Assembly (NCBI GenBank): GCA_002633005.1
Contig: NMRA01000001.1
Span: 3,331,695 to 3,395,694, forward strand
From: Phoronis australis
Taxonomy: Eukaryota; Animalia; Phoronida
Length of the DNA: 64,000 nt
Direction of reading: 5' to 3'
Positions 1-13,941 of the stretch are shown piece after piece. The notes under the pieces are model-generated. The model was not told the origin of the DNA and did no database searches. It was given only the letters and a program-made list of their open reading frames with translations. The translations under genes were made by a program, and so were the position numbers. Each line of letters opens with the position of its first letter. Position 1 is the stretch's first letter.

Positions 1-1687
1 GTTTTTAGTCCAAAACTGAATTAAGATCTTGGAATCAACAAATCTTGTCGAGTAGAAGCAGCCAATCAACTAGACGTATACGACTGAACATCGTTTTAGA
101 AGCTAACATGTTCCGAGTTTCGCTACTGTAACCTAATCCTACATTGAACCCAATGTCATTGAAAACATCATCATTCTACGCGTCAATCAAAAAAGGGAAA
201 GCAATTTATCGGTCTTTAGAGCCATCCTGTACTTTGCATTAACAATATATTGGCATCGTTGACTCTATTAGTTCCACTAGAACACTAGCCGTAGAACATA
301 CAACGTTTGAGATACTGATCACCAAGGTATTTCAGTGACAGAGGAGAGAGATGCGGACACTGCAAGTCATGAAATTTAACAGATTCTGCACTATACAAAA
401 ATTCCACTTTATAAATTAATCCAAGGTTTTATCTCCTAACCAAGGGATCGCTAAAAGTTATGTTTGAGAAACTTGATTTTAGTAGGTGAACAATATGTTT
501 AGTGGGTGTTGTCACCCACAGCTTGTGAGGCATGAAACAACACTCCAGCCAAAGCCAAACTCCTGAAGCACCAACCTAATGTGGGATGACTTGGATAGAA
601 AAACCTGCCACGAGTTCACCAAAACTTCATAAATTCACTGCAACTGCTATCCAAGTCATGGCACTACCTTGTAAGTGAACCATTCCAATGTTAATGGCTG
701 ACAGTTTAAACTCCAACTACATTGAATCATGTGATTGACATTGGATAATAAGCTTAAAGTATGAATGACAAAATATTTTAATAACTTGACTTTTGAATTC
801 TTTTTGAAAATTTAAACAAAAAAGGTTGAGAACAGAAATCGAGAAAAAAACACACTCCACTCTAACCACAAAAGTTGTGTTTATCTGCGATTACTGCTTG
901 AGTAAGATTTTGAACTTTGTAATACAATTTCTCTAGAAAGATTCTACTGATTCTAAAAAAGTAAAATCTCTCCACATCAGAACAATGCTTTGGATTTTCT
1001 TGTTGGAGCTTTCGTTACCTTTTGCATCTGATTTAAAATCAAGAGACACACTATTTTACGCCAAGTTCTAAATACTGCATGTACTGTTCCAGATAATTGA
1101 CTCAAGCACTGAAAAAACGCAGACAAACCTTTGAGACTTTATCCCTGTCAAAGTACTTTTGAAAAACATTTGGTCACATGACCCCAAGAATAGCACAGTG
1201 CCGGGAATAACATGTCATAGTAGATTTGTTTCTACTCCTTGTATCAGAAATTGTATACTCCTATGGATTGACAGTTGCTGGTTACTTTGATACGTGACGA
1301 TGAACACAGCACTTTAATTAGGGGTACAGGGATCTTTAAAGTAATTGTCAATCTATGTGTCTGAATTTTTTCACATTTCACAAAAAAATCCTTAAAATTC
1401 CAATATCGACACAAACTTTATGAGTCTTCAATGAGTGAAAAATATCAATTCATACCTTAAAACATTGGGCGATTGCTAATAATCCCCCGACTGCTATGTT
1501 TTTGTAATTTCTCATAGTTTTTGCACTGAACATACATTTCTAAACCCCCTAGACTATTTAGAACTTTTGTATTCCTATTGTCAATTTGCAGGGTCAGCCA
1601 TGTTATTTATCATCAAACAAAAGAACGTGGCCAACATGCAATGCTGTATGGTGGACAACCATCATAAAACACCTATGAAATGATCAC

Positions 1688-1917
1688 CTGTGAACACGGC
1701 GACGTCTGGGAGGGTAACCCATGTATGACCATGGGAAATATGTGCTTTTCATTAATGACTGATGACCTTTGACAGAAGGTGAACTTCTTTTCTACCAAAA
1801 ATGACTCAAAAGAGTAAGGAACCATCCTCATGTGGACACCATCGCCACCGTTGTGCTCGATGACTGAGTTGGTAATGAAGACACGGCCCAATTGAGACTT
1901 GACTAACATACCGTGAC
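1688..1917 (-). CDS. bark: bark-like exon 6 (copy B, probable allelic duplicate)
   Basis: Same as 2474-2703 except one I/V change and one silent change. Lies in a 785-bp tandem duplication split by a single N at 2129. Confidence 0.6.
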
Positions 1918-2473
1918 CTGCAAATGAATATGCAAACTGTGATACCCTGACAACGGTCTGGCTTCTACAACCAAATACACATTAAAAACCGCAAAAGTCA
2001 GTGAAAAGGCGATGGTCAGATACGTCACATCTCTAGGCCTACTGCCTTCACAGAAGCATAGCTCAACTATCACCTCCAATCGATAATCTTTGTATACTTA
2101 ACCAAAAGATCTAGTAAAACCCTTATCTNATTGTCAATCTATGTGTCTGAATTTTTTCACATTTCACCAAAAAATCCTTAAAATTCCAATATCGACACAA
2201 ACTTTACGAGTCTTCAATGAGTGAAAAATATCAATTCATACCTTAAAACATTGGGCGATTGCTAATAATCCCCCGACTGCTATGTTTTTGTAATTTCTCA
2301 TAGTTTTTGCACTGAACATACATTTCTAAACCCCCTAAACTATTTAGAACTTTTGTATTCCTATTGTCAATTTGCAGGGTCAGCCATGTTATTTATCATC
2401 AAACAAAAGAAAGTGGCCAACATGTAATGCTGTATGGTGGACAACCATCATAAAACACCTATGAAATGATCAC

Positions 2474-2703
2474 CTGTGAACACGGCGACGTCTGGGAGGG
2501 TAACCCATGTATGACCATGGGAAATATGTGCTTTTCATTGATGACTGATGACCTTTGACAGAAGGTGAACTTCTTTTCTACCAAAAATGACTCAAAAGAG
2601 TAAGGAACCATCCTCATGTGGACACCATCGCCACCGTTGTGCTCGATGACTGAGTTGGTAATGAAGACACGGCCCAATTGAGACTTGATTAACATACCGT
2701 GAC
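2474..2703 (-). CDS. bark: bark-like exon 6 (copy A)
   Basis: Acceptor ttgcag, donor CAG|gtgat. Encodes GHGMLIKSQLGRVFITNSVIEHNGGDGV (NxGxG beta-helix turns). The gene continues beyond the left edge of the window. Confidence 0.8.
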
Positions 2704-3128
2704 CTGCAAATGAATATGCAAACTGTGATACCCTGACAACGGTCTGGCTTCTACAACCAAATACACATTAAAAACCGCAAAAGTCAGTGAAAAGGCGATG
2801 GTCAGATACGTCACATCTCTAGGCCTACTGCCTTCACAGAAGCATAGCTCAACTATCACCTCCAATCGATAATCTTTGTATACTTAACCAAAAGATCTAG
2901 TAAAACCCTTATCTAGTATTGTCAAATAGGTCCCTGATTCTTCCCTGAAAGCACACCATTGTCAAACAAGAAACTTATCGTGTTTGAAAATATGCCAGTT
3001 GCAAATTCATGCGATTTCACATTGAAGTAATGGAAGCCTGTTAAACTCCATAGTTCACAAGTAATACTTGTTGATGGTTTTAAGCTAATTTCAAAATACA
3101 GATTTTGCAAGATTTAATTGAGACCTAC

Positions 3129-3299
3129 CTCTGTTGTGGGATATATAGACGTCATCCATACGTAGCGTGCCGTTGATCTCGGAAAAATTCATCCCGTGAT
3201 ATGCACTGTATTGAACGCGGACGTCCTTCATGTACGGTGGATAGGGACTCGCGGTTAGTGATGCCACAGGCCGTCGTAAGAAATCAACACCACCATACT
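3129..3299 (-). CDS. bark: bark-like exon 5 (parallel beta-helix repeats)
   Basis: Acceptor ttacag, donor G|gtagg. EYGG...PPYMKDVRVQYSAYHGMNFSEI...VYISHNRG is PbH1-like. Confidence 0.8.
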
Positions 3300-3747
3300 C
3301 TGTAATAAGCAAGAATAAAGTATAAAAACAGGCACTAGACTCTTCTCTATCACGGAGGTAAAAAATGCAATGCATTACAACATATTGCGCAATCAGCACA
3401 CATATTTGCCCTTTTTGCCAATTTCTTGGTGTCAGCATTGCAACTTCAATTAGGATGTGAGATAGTGACTAGTACAACTGCAGGACAAGTACTTATCACA
3501 AATGTTGCATTGTGGGTAAATACCTTAGAATGAAAGCAGTGCTGTGGTATTTCAGGATGGGCTTATCGAGGGCAGATACCTTGTACAGATGTTTTTTTTT
3601 TTGCTTTTGTTTGTATGTCATTTTTATACTAGCCATTTTTTTCTAAATTTAGAACTATAGCTCAGATACAACACAATACAATACAATACAATTTTCACAC
3701 TTCAGATTCATATAGGGAAACTACATGTAAGAGACACTACAACCTAC

Positions 3748-3912
3748 CAATGTCTATGTATTCCATTTTAGACATGGATACATTGATAACGAGGCCGCCT
3801 ATGTTGCCAATTTCTGTTGTAGCATTGTAAAAGTTGATACCATGCCAATGGCTCTTGGCAAAATCTGGATATAGTCGATCTTCACAGCGAATGTAAACAG
3901 TTCGTTGTTTTT
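3748..3912 (-). CDS. bark: bark-like exon 4
   Basis: Acceptor tttcag, donor G|gtagg. KKQRTVYIRCE closes the SRCR domain, followed by WHGINFYNA...SKMEYIDI. Confidence 0.8.
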
Positions 3913-5381
3913 CTGAAAGTAACAAGAAATGTGTTCTGAAAACTTTGATTTAAAGCATGTGACTTACACACATTGTTTTTAGTTTCCTTGGTTTCGCAGC
4001 ACTTCATAGGAATTTGGTAATAGTAAAACATTCAAATATTACCTCAGGACGAAATTCTTGATCTCTCCAGTTAAAAACGTATTAAACCAGCAACTGCTAC
4101 AGTTATAAAAAACATGAATTTGACTTACGACCAAAACTTCTTCAAATTGTCGCATTGATTAAATTCCAATAGCATCCACAGGAGCAAAATGACAATTATT
4201 ATAACTACCATTCTGATTTAACACACCAAGTAACTTGTTATCAACCATAAGTTCTTGAACTGCAACACACTGAAAGGTTGATTACAAAATCCACTTGACA
4301 TTACCCTCATATTCTCTTGCATAGAACAGCCACAACACATCCTCAAGTTCAAATGTTTTAATGTATACGGTTCAAATAATGGAAGTTAAAATTTAGATAA
4401 GATTTCAGTGCTGAATGTCAACATCAAATTTGACAGATAATCTTGTAACGACAAGCACTGGTGATAAAGATTAACAAAAAAAATTAATAACATTAGCCTG
4501 ACCTGGATTGGTGACCGCAAGGTCAGTCACTTGACTTTTGTGCGTGCAAAAACAAGTGTTATCTGATAATAAGATTATTTCTTTATCAAACAAGCAGTTT
4601 TTCAACAGGTTTATAAATTCAAATACAAAACGGATCTGAGAGATATTTGAAGCCTGAACTCATTTACAACCTCAAATGTACACGGCAGCCTTTTCTCAAT
4701 TTGATAAAAAGTTCAGCAGACATTTAAAACAGATCTAGTCGGTGAATGTGACCATAATGACTGGTGCAGTTCACTTGTGTGATCTGTTGTTACTTAGTTT
4801 GACACACAAAGAAGAAGACAATTATGAACAACAGTTAATGGCCATGCATGAAAGTCACAGTTACTCTGTAGTAACAATTAACTCTGCTGTTTTGCTTGAT
4901 TAGATGCAAAAAAAACACAAATGCGTTATCTTGAATGCAATGTTTTTTTGGAAGAAGAGCAATGCAGGGCACTGGATATGCATCGCAAATGGCTAAGACA
5001 TAAGGGTCCATTTTTCAACATAATGTATAATACGAGTGCCTAAAAATCATTTATTTCCGTCTTTTCATGGTCATTTTATCAGACCTTCAATTGATAAAAG
5101 TACTGCAATATGCCGCTCATCCTAGAATAACAAGTAAACAGCTACTTCTAATTTTCAAACTGAACTTTCAAAAATAAAATTGAAACGTACCGCAACAAAA
5201 CTGAACGTGGGTCCACTAGACTGCAGTGTTTGGAAATGTAGGACAAACATGTCAAAATATGGATATTGCATTGGTACTTAATACCCACTTTGGCCTACAC
5301 ATATTTGAATTTCTGTGCAAATTTATCACTTGTTATTGTTACCTATATTACCATAATGTAAAAATTTGAAAAATTACTCAC

Positions 5382-5581
5382 TACAAATATCCCATCCAAT
5401 CTTCAAGCTGTTACTCCCTGGACAGTTAAACATGTCTGTTTCTGTGCCATTGCAACGAGGCTCCGGAAAGGCCATGTGATATTGATAAAGGGTCTCATTG
5501 TCAGCAGTGAAGTTAAAACTGAAGTTTCCTGACCGGAAACCCAAATGATGACAAACGACATTGGAATCTTCCTGTGTCCAG
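5382..5581 (-). CDS. bark: bark-like exon 3, rest of SRCR domain
   Basis: Not in the ORF track frame. Hand translation gives WTQEDSNVVCHHLGF...PRCNGTETDMFNCPG...WDIC (SRCR Cys pattern). Acceptor tacag, donor gtgagt. Confidence 0.85.
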
Positions 5582-6083
5582 CTGTAAATTTTGGAAACAT
5601 AAAACTATAAGAACATGTTACATATCAGCTACAGATGCAAATTGCCAGGATGTTCCTACCTTAGAATTATGGGGATATCATAGCTCCTCACATTTTAAAA
5701 GCAAGATTCGAGTTGCACTCCTAAAACATACACTTCAAAGATCATTGAATATGGCGATGATCGCGAATGGAGCCTGGCATTAAGGCAGAAATCAAAGCAA
5801 ACACAGGCTATAATTGCCACAGGTGGCACTGCAGTAGCCAAATCCTTCTGAAATCAATGTCAGTCATTTTCATCTCAATATGGAATGCTTACGCACCAAA
5901 TTTTATGAATCTCTAGCTAGAAACTAAAAAACAAGAAACAAAGTAGCATTGTATAGAAAAAAACTGCAGGGCAAAACAACAATGTGGTAAACCTACACTT
6001 AGTTTAAAATTTTCAGGGTCGCCGCTCCCTGTGCTATACATATACAAGTAGCCTCCTTCCATTCCGAGCCCTCTGGTACTCAC

Positions 6084-6268
6084 TTTTTAAAGTCAGTGCA
6101 CACTGATCTCCACCTATCCTTGTACTTGAACTGCAGTCTTCCCTCCAACACATTGCTGTTATTCAGCCCTGCAACCAAACGGATGTTTCCTGGCACCAGT
6201 TTGTTTGGCTGAGCACTGCTGGGCTCAGAAGGATCTTTAGTGAACTTGATCCTGTTACCTGCGGAACC
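6084..6268 (-). CDS. bark: bark-like exon 2, start of SRCR domain
   Basis: Acceptor gcag|GGT and donor AA|gtgagt. Encodes IRLVAG...EGRLQFKYKDRWRSVC, an SRCR N-terminal signature. Phase matches exons 1 and 3. Confidence 0.85.
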
Positions 6269-7727
6269 CTGCGACAGCAATAAAGTACATGACTTAATAC
6301 AGTTACCACTTTGAACTTAGTGTAGAAATAGCAGGTTTCCCGAGGAGTTATGTCACCACATCCTTGATCACCATGGCTACAGAAAACAAAATGTGAAAAC
6401 TTGGAAACTTTGTAAAACAATAAGGCATTGTACACACCATGTACAATATCAGATAAACCAAATATATACTGTTTCCAGAAATCTCTATGGATGCACATGA
6501 TTGGGACACAGATGGACACCAATCCTCATACTTTATTTCAGCTTAGGGTCCCTAGTAAATTCCGTTTCATTTTTGTTTTCTAGAGTAAGCATTGCTGTTC
6601 ATGTTTTATCATAAATAATCTTTTACAAGACTTTTTCTTAAAGTTTATTCAGTTCTAAATGTTCAGGCAACAATGGTAGAAGAAAATAATTTTGCTGAGT
6701 TGAAAAAATTTTAACCCCCTTATTTTCACCCACCACCCAAGAAAAACAATGTGAAAATACTTAGTTCTGCACATGGACAGGGGTCCTGGGTTCCTCTACT
6801 CCAATAAAACATTGACAGTTGAGTGATGCCCTGAATATAAATGTAATCCCTGTTTAAATTTCCTCTCCCAAGTTTTTTCTTTGCACACAGCTCCTAGATC
6901 TATACCAAACTGCACCAAGTCCTGACAAAAACTTACGAAAGAGAATTTGCACAAATTCTTTTGTACAAAAGTGATCATTGTTGTTCATTCACGCAAGGTT
7001 TTGACTGATAACCTGATAACAATGCATCCTGATATGTAAACAACTGGATGCAAACAAAGCAATCAATCATGTTTGCTTAAGTCTATATATCTATAGGAGT
7101 AAAACAGTGCTATCTACGAATTCTTGGGGGTTACACTTGTGTCGTGATCTCTGACATAGCTAACCAAGACCAGCTTTCATAGAGCTAGCCACGCCAAGAG
7201 AGGGCAGCACAGATGGGGGCTAGTTTCTCTTAGTAAAGAACTAGAACTCCTGATCAGAAAGCCACAAACAACTGATACAATAATATTGACTTAAAATAAA
7301 AAATCCATTGTATTGTGTTCAGTTCAATTGTACTCTAGTCACGTTCATGACATGTCTAGGACAGGTGATCCATGCATATCATGCCATACTCAGCCCAAGC
7401 CCAGGACAATGTCAAGAAGACTCAGGACTGACCTACAAAGTAAATGTGCTAGTAATATCCTCAGTTGTAAATGGAAGACATTTAAGTTTGTAAAAATGTT
7501 TATCAATAAGGAAATGCCAAAAGGATAGCGTCTTTTAGACAGTGCTGTCGTCTTCACCGAGCCAGAACCGCGACTATGTTCGAGTTCCCTTTCATAAGTG
7601 TCGGTGGTGACGCCTGTTGGCTGCGCCAATGTTTTAACAGGTGTTCGTGTCATTTAGGGTGAGGAAAAAAACACTTTAATTTCAACGCTGTAACTAGTTC
7701 TTTAAACAAACCATACTTTCGGCTTAC

Positions 7728-7976
7728 CTTCGCGATAAGAGTTCCATTTACAACCAACTTGATGCCCGGCTTGAATCGAACTTCAACGCCCGGTTCGATA
7801 GTCAGTTTTGCCCCCTTCGCCACCTCAATGTCTTTCGTAATTACAAACGGACTGCCGGACAGTCGAAAGGTTTTGTCTTCTCTGTATATTCCACCGTTTT
7901 CGGCTCGTGAACTCCATGTCGCCGATAAAATGAATAAGCACACGCAAAACGTCTTTAAATGTCCACAACCAGCCAT
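7728..7976 (-). CDS. bark: bark beetle/anakonda-like protein, coding exon 1 (signal peptide + N-terminal beta-rich repeat)
   Basis: ATG at 7976. Hydrophobic leader FCVCLFILSATWSSRA is followed by SGSPFVITKDIEVAKGAKLTIEPGVEVRF...LVVNGTLIAK, typical of bark-family N-termini. Donor AAG|gtaag at 7728/7727 (phase 0). Confidence 0.8.
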
Positions 7977-8098
7977 GATGGATTCAAACGGTGATGATCA
8001 ATTTTGTCTAGTTGACCATTCACATCATATTAAAAGGAATCAAGGTCACAGTTCCTCTAATGCCTTTGGTGTAGCTCCCAATACTCTCTAGTTACCCC

Positions 8099-8626
8099 CA
8101 GGTGGTCTTTAGTGACAGCAAACCACGGTTATGACGAGAAAAGTTCCAAAATTTGTCATCAACGGTCATAGTGCACCTGTAGTCACGTGACCCTGTTGTG
8201 TATTACAGGTAAGCAAAGTAGGTCAAACGACCACACAGTTATTTTTAGTGCATGTTTCCAGTCACGGTCCAGACAGTATGTCGACTTCAGTCAAAATTAA
8301 AAATGGATTTTACATAAAACGTATCCAACACTACAAATTTAATCTTTTAAGAGAGAGCCCCGGCCGTAAAGATTCGTATTTTCATTCTGCCCTCAAGTGA
8401 AAGAGTGTCGGACGTGGGAGAGAGATGACTCATCGTTGATCAGTCAACTGCATAGTTGAAATGACAGGTACTAAAATATGACATGACCTGAACGAATATG
8501 ATGACCGTTCGGCGGAGTCAGGAAGACCGTGGAACTGAGGTCATAGTCAATGAGCCTCAGTGGACATCCACATTTTGGGGGCGGAATAAAATTTTTATTC
8601 TCAATTTCATGCGATGACATGAGTCA
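8099..8626. promoter_or_regulatory. putative bark promoter/enhancer with E-box and AP-1 motifs
   Basis: Directly upstream of the ATG: CAGGTG 8099, CACCTG 8174, GTCACGTGAC 8182, CAGGTA 8206 and 8465, TGACTCA 8426, TGAGTCA 8620. Motif matches only. Confidence 0.3.
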
Positions 8627-9120
8627 GTCATTCAACAATAAGCCACACGGTTCAGGGCGTTGGCGAAAACTCGATGACACTGAGGTATAGCAGCGACACA
8701 CGTCCCGTTCCTAAGTGATGGTCTCGTACAGTTAAAGTTCAGATCCGTCCACGCAAACTTGTAAAGCATGAATGGCAAGTTAAGTCTGTAATCTCGATGC
8801 CTTAACCCTTGGCGGCATTCCTGTTTTTTGAAAAACTCAAAAACTGCAAAGTCCCATTATTCAATTTCAGTAAACAACAATCACAACGAAGAAGATTTAT
8901 CAAGCTACAGACCACTTTCAATACTTGCCGCTTCTCACTGACATTTTTCGAAACATTTGTACACGAAAAATTAATGTTCTCACGGTTCAGTTTAGTCACC
9001 CGTGAGTACACCATTTTCGTCAGTGCCATAAGCACACCACTCCGGACTACTTGCGTCTAGAGCTTACACTTAGACAAAGATATCAAAGTACACATTTCGA
9101 CAAAAAGCCACTCTAACAAT

Positions 9121-9200
9121 TTTCTTGACTTATCGAAAGCCTTTAACACTGTTGATGGTATGTAAAGTACAAGAATTAGCCAATACGGCATTTAAAAAAA
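9121..9200 (+). mobile_element. decayed LINE (CR1/L2 clade) reverse-transcriptase fragment
   Basis: 9121-9156 translates to FLDLSKAFNTVD, close to the RT motif FLDLSKAFDTVDH. No intact ORF. Confidence 0.65.
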
Positions 9201-12200
9201 TCGAGTTAACTGATTTATTAGCTCCAGTCTGGCGGAAACTAATGTTTTAATGTATCATGTTTTGCCACTTATTTCCTCTTCCTCTTATGTTACTAATTTA
9301 TAAAAATATCTAGAAAACCTTAGATTTCAATTCCAAGCCAGAAGAAAGCCCTAGAACTTTGTGTTTTCTCAGTAATCTAACATTAATTGGGTCACATAAT
9401 AATGAGCCAACCTTAGAAAAAAGAAAGGAACATTAAATCAAACCAAAACAACGGTATCAATAACAAAATCAACTTTTGTTTGATATAAATGTTAAAAATG
9501 AAGTTTCAAAAGCGCGGACCAGAGTACAGTTTTCTAAATCATCATTTCATTTTCGTTTTAAACAACTTTTGATTTTTTTACGAAAATCATATAAGTTCTA
9601 TTTTTGATAGCTCCTTCTGCAAAAATGGAAATTTTAAGAACAAGTTCTAGCAGCATTTTGGAGAACAGTGCACAAAGCATATTATTTCAAAGTTTCATAT
9701 GAACTTCAATGAGATTTGATGTTCCAAAATTAGCCAAATTTGTACATTTTTCCAGGGTCCTCGGTACATAACCTTAACGATGTTGTGTGCTAATGTACCC
9801 CGGCGACACGTCTGATTGCCTCGGTCCAAAGAAAATATCCGAATTCATTAACGACCAGATATCTTTCCTCAACGACTGGCTATTTGTCAGTTGAAATACA
9901 AAATTCTTCAAAATCTTGCATATCCTTTTTCAACCCACTCACAATAACATTTTACAGTACAAGCATGCCGCAAATCTACATGAACATCAAGAACCATTTC
10001 TGTTTTCTTTGTACTATTTTGAGACTCCACCTTGTCTTCGAACAAACATTTAGGTACAAAAATAATGAACAATAAAATAGTCAAGTCATGTGGAGCTCTT
10101 TCTTGCATAAAATGTTGTTCACTACAGTGTATCCTATTTTTACTTTACAATCCACTTATCCTAACACTTGACTGATTTGGTTACCACCTGGGGTTTCAAT
10201 AAGTGCCGTCGCCTCAAAGTACTACAGTGGAAAGAAATCAGGCATATACATGTAGGTAATTCCCAAATTTACGTACACACTGGAACGCTTTTTAAAGAGC
10301 TTCTTTATCTCGAGGATCTAGATACTGTCTCGTTCGTTATAAATCACCCAATAAAATTTTACCTCATTACTTCAATGACTTAACGTTGCCTATCGCGCAA
10401 ATGAACCCAAGAACAATCCAAATACCAGCGCACCCAAATGTCCTTACTTTCCATCACTCGCCCTATCATTTCCAGTCCTGAAGACAATACCAAAAGTCCA
10501 CTCCAAGCTCATGGTCCTCTCCTCATCAACGAACATTACATACCTTGGATCATTTTGTCTGAAATCACATTTCATTCCCCTACTTTTTTCTCAACTGCCA
10601 CAAAATACATCATTGAAACACAGAAAATCCCACCATTTCACACTGCTCTGTACGTTATTAGAACAAGTGATATTGATGTCATTTTCTTTATATTCTGACG
10701 TGTGTTTAAGCTAACTGCTCTACAACGTATATACACGTTTTGGTAATTAATGCCCTGTCTTCAAGCATTATGTTTGTGATTTTGTTCTTTTCTTACAATC
10801 TGTATTATAGTACACATTATTCAGTATTATATTGTAATATTTTAGCTAATTTTGTACATGATACATGTAAGATATAACAATGTTAAGTTTATGTTTTAAT
10901 ATTTTAAGGTGGCTCGTGGTGGCTTTATAAGTCTTCCAAGGAGTCTCCTAAAACTACGGTATTCAACTGTCTCTATTCTACATGTAATTTATGATATTCA
11001 AATAAATGTCTCTCTCGTGATCGCTTGTTGTCCATGACCACAAAAAGAATTGTGTTACACGAGGATAAAACACTATTTTGTAGGTTAATTTTGATTTATG
11101 AGTTAATTCTGTATCCATAGTAACCGTAATCAAAGCAGACAGTTTGACAGTGTACGTCATACATGAATATTATTTAGGTCTGATTGATAAGATTTCACTG
11201 ACACATTTTTCATGTCACTGAACATGGACGTGACGGGCCGGTGTACGATCTAACGTTGGGACACAGCTCAGGAGAACTGAGCGATTTATAACGTTTGTGC
11301 ATTGAAGTAGACAGATCATAAAATCATCATTAAGGCAGTCATGAAACATTTGCTTTCTGCTCCCATGCTTTTGCGCGTTCTTCAGGTCTTGCTTAGTGCT
11401 AGTGTCTGGAGTCTACGGAAAGCAGCCCATGTCTAAGACCTTGTCCCCCACTCAAATTCCTGGATCCGTCTCTGGGCACGCAATGTAACTGACCTGGGAA
11501 CCCGTCATCATGTCAATAACATAGCTGCATAATACATACATCTTTACAAAATGTTTAATACAAATTCCTGTCATCGAAAAGTTCAAGCCATTAGAAATCA
11601 CATTTGTGTGTCGGCAATGATAATCCGTACCTAAATTAATAAACATAGCTGGACTTTTTCATTATTTTGTAAAATATGTGAAAACGCGTCCAAGCTGTAT
11701 CTGACAGGTCTTTACTAATAAAAATGCATGCACACTCGGTAATTTGGTATCTAATTTTATCAAGGCCATTTTAACAGTTGGACTCCTGGCAAAGAAATTC
11801 TCTTGGGGTCTTACAAAAACATCTGTTATGATAACAACAAAAGAAAATCGTGAAAATGATCGATAAAAAGAAAATTGACATGCCCATTTATTCAGTGTTA
11901 AAAACCGGGCGATCGCCGCACAAATAAAAAAGTTCATGTTAAATCAACGTTTCGTATATTCAGACCAGGTCAATTTTGAAGTTGCTTGTCACGGCAGGTT
12001 AATTTCAGTTATCAACTTGAATGCAGTATGGGCTGTCAAGGAGTAACTATGGCCCCGGGCAGCAGGGGAAGCGTCAAATATATCGAGAATCCCATGCCAT
12101 AAAATAACCGATCGAATTTCAGTAGTCAGTTTAGAATGAGCAGTGACCTTACTAATGATATGGAGCGACTACAAGTTGCTACAATGAAATATCTGACGTG

Positions 12201-13941
12201 CGCCGGCCGCCGGTGGCCGCAATCTGTCCTGCAGCCTGATCGACTGAGAACCCTGGGACCTGCTCAGTCATTATTACTTGAACATTGTCGAACACTATTT
12301 TGCTGATCGAATTCATGGATCTGCGACTGCATAATTGTGTTCTTTAATTGGCCCACACATATCCTACCACATCTAGGCCTAAGCGGTGCCAACTGGTGGA
12401 AGGTGTCCAAGACTGGTGATAAGGATTATAGTTGTCTACATAGGCTGATTTGAGTGTTGTGTTGAAGTCTTATCAGCGTTAGTCAATATCTACGATTTAC
12501 ACACCTTTATAGGCATGACTACACGTAATTTTAACACTGTGGGCTGATTTTCATTGGCCTGCTACTAGACAGAAAATGAATTTACGGACTGGGTAGACAG
12601 ACGACATCCCAACCCGACTTGTCCACGTGATCTTACATGATCCGGACGACAAAGCCGCGTTGTTTACCGTCCACATGTACAATAGAACGGGAGCTGGGAA
12701 AGGAATGCGCATGTGCCTTGGAGCAAAGAGAGTTTGACCTAGATTGAGAGGTTGGCTATTCCCAGGTGGGCTGAGGGCCTGTCTTACTCTGTTACTCTCC
12801 TGCTTTGAAATCAAAGCTTGCCAGCTTTGTCAGAGTACTTTCGTAAGGATCTGGATTTAGACGTGTACAACTACAGGTACGCAAGTGTGACGAGTCATTT
12901 GTGAACGTGACCCTGTGTCAAATTTGGCTGACACTATAACTGTTATACAATGTATTCTTTGTGCGTTAGCCATTAACTTACAGGTAAACAGAGGTCAACG
13001 CGGGCTCTCTAAGTTCAGTTTGATTTTAGCCATAAGCCTAGCTATCGCAAACAACGTTTAATATCCATTACTAGAGAAAGGCTTCAAACGAGAATGGTTT
13101 CGGCCAACACTTATCCCGAGTTTTGAGGACGTCGTAATCTGATTCTAGGATTTAGGGCTATTTGCCAGCTCGGCATGTAGGCCTACAGGTACGGATTTTA
13201 CAACCGGGGTTTTCAGTGCTAACTTCAATATTCGTAACACCTCGGTAGGCATACTCCGAAACCGATAATTTGAAATGTATGCAGTAAAAACTGTGTATCA
13301 CTTTGGTTCTATCTCCGACACCGAGTTTGATTTCTAATCATCCTCAAATGACCGTCTGTCAAATCATACGTCATTTCTTCAGAACAATGTTGCCCTGGCG
13401 AGTCACCCATTAATTAACGGTATTTTAGGGTGCAGTGCCTGTACCAACGTATCAGAAGTTGGCATCCGGGACCTTCATCTATGACATATGCATAGTCATC
13501 AGTGTTTTTCATTTTTTGTAATTGGAAAACTAGAGACTGCAAAAATTCATTGTGGGTTATTCTTCTTTTGAATTATGTTGGGTGAAGTATACTCAGGGTT
13601 GAAAAAGGGTACTTAAAAACGTAAAACCAAACACTGGTAGTCTGCTCAAATATAACCACGACCCCCAGCATTTTTCTCAATGTACAAATAAGAGTGGTTG
13701 GCTTAATACTATGAGCATAATTTATATGGGACGTTTTGCTGAATGAGATAAAAAAGGAGAATTGACATGATCGTTGTCATAGTTACAAATTTTAAACATG
13801 GCACTCAATTTCAACGAATATGTTCACCATTTAAAACTCTGGTGCAGTCGTATTGTATCGGTTTTTGCGCGAGTTCTAGGCTCTTGTCTCCGCAGACATA
13901 CAGGGCCACAGAAGTACTACGTTCCTCATAATTTATTATTC

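Larger units (their letters stand above)
1344..2914. repeat. 785-bp near-identical tandem duplication (1344-2128 / 2130-2914), probable haplotype overlap
   Basis: About 7 substitutions counted by eye. A single N sits exactly at the junction. Confidence 0.9.

Noticed and set aside
1673-2703. Mutually exclusive duplicated exons in bark (and CDIN1 exon 6)
   Set aside because: Intronic flanks are about as identical as the exons and an N marks the junction, so allelic overlap is more parsimonious.
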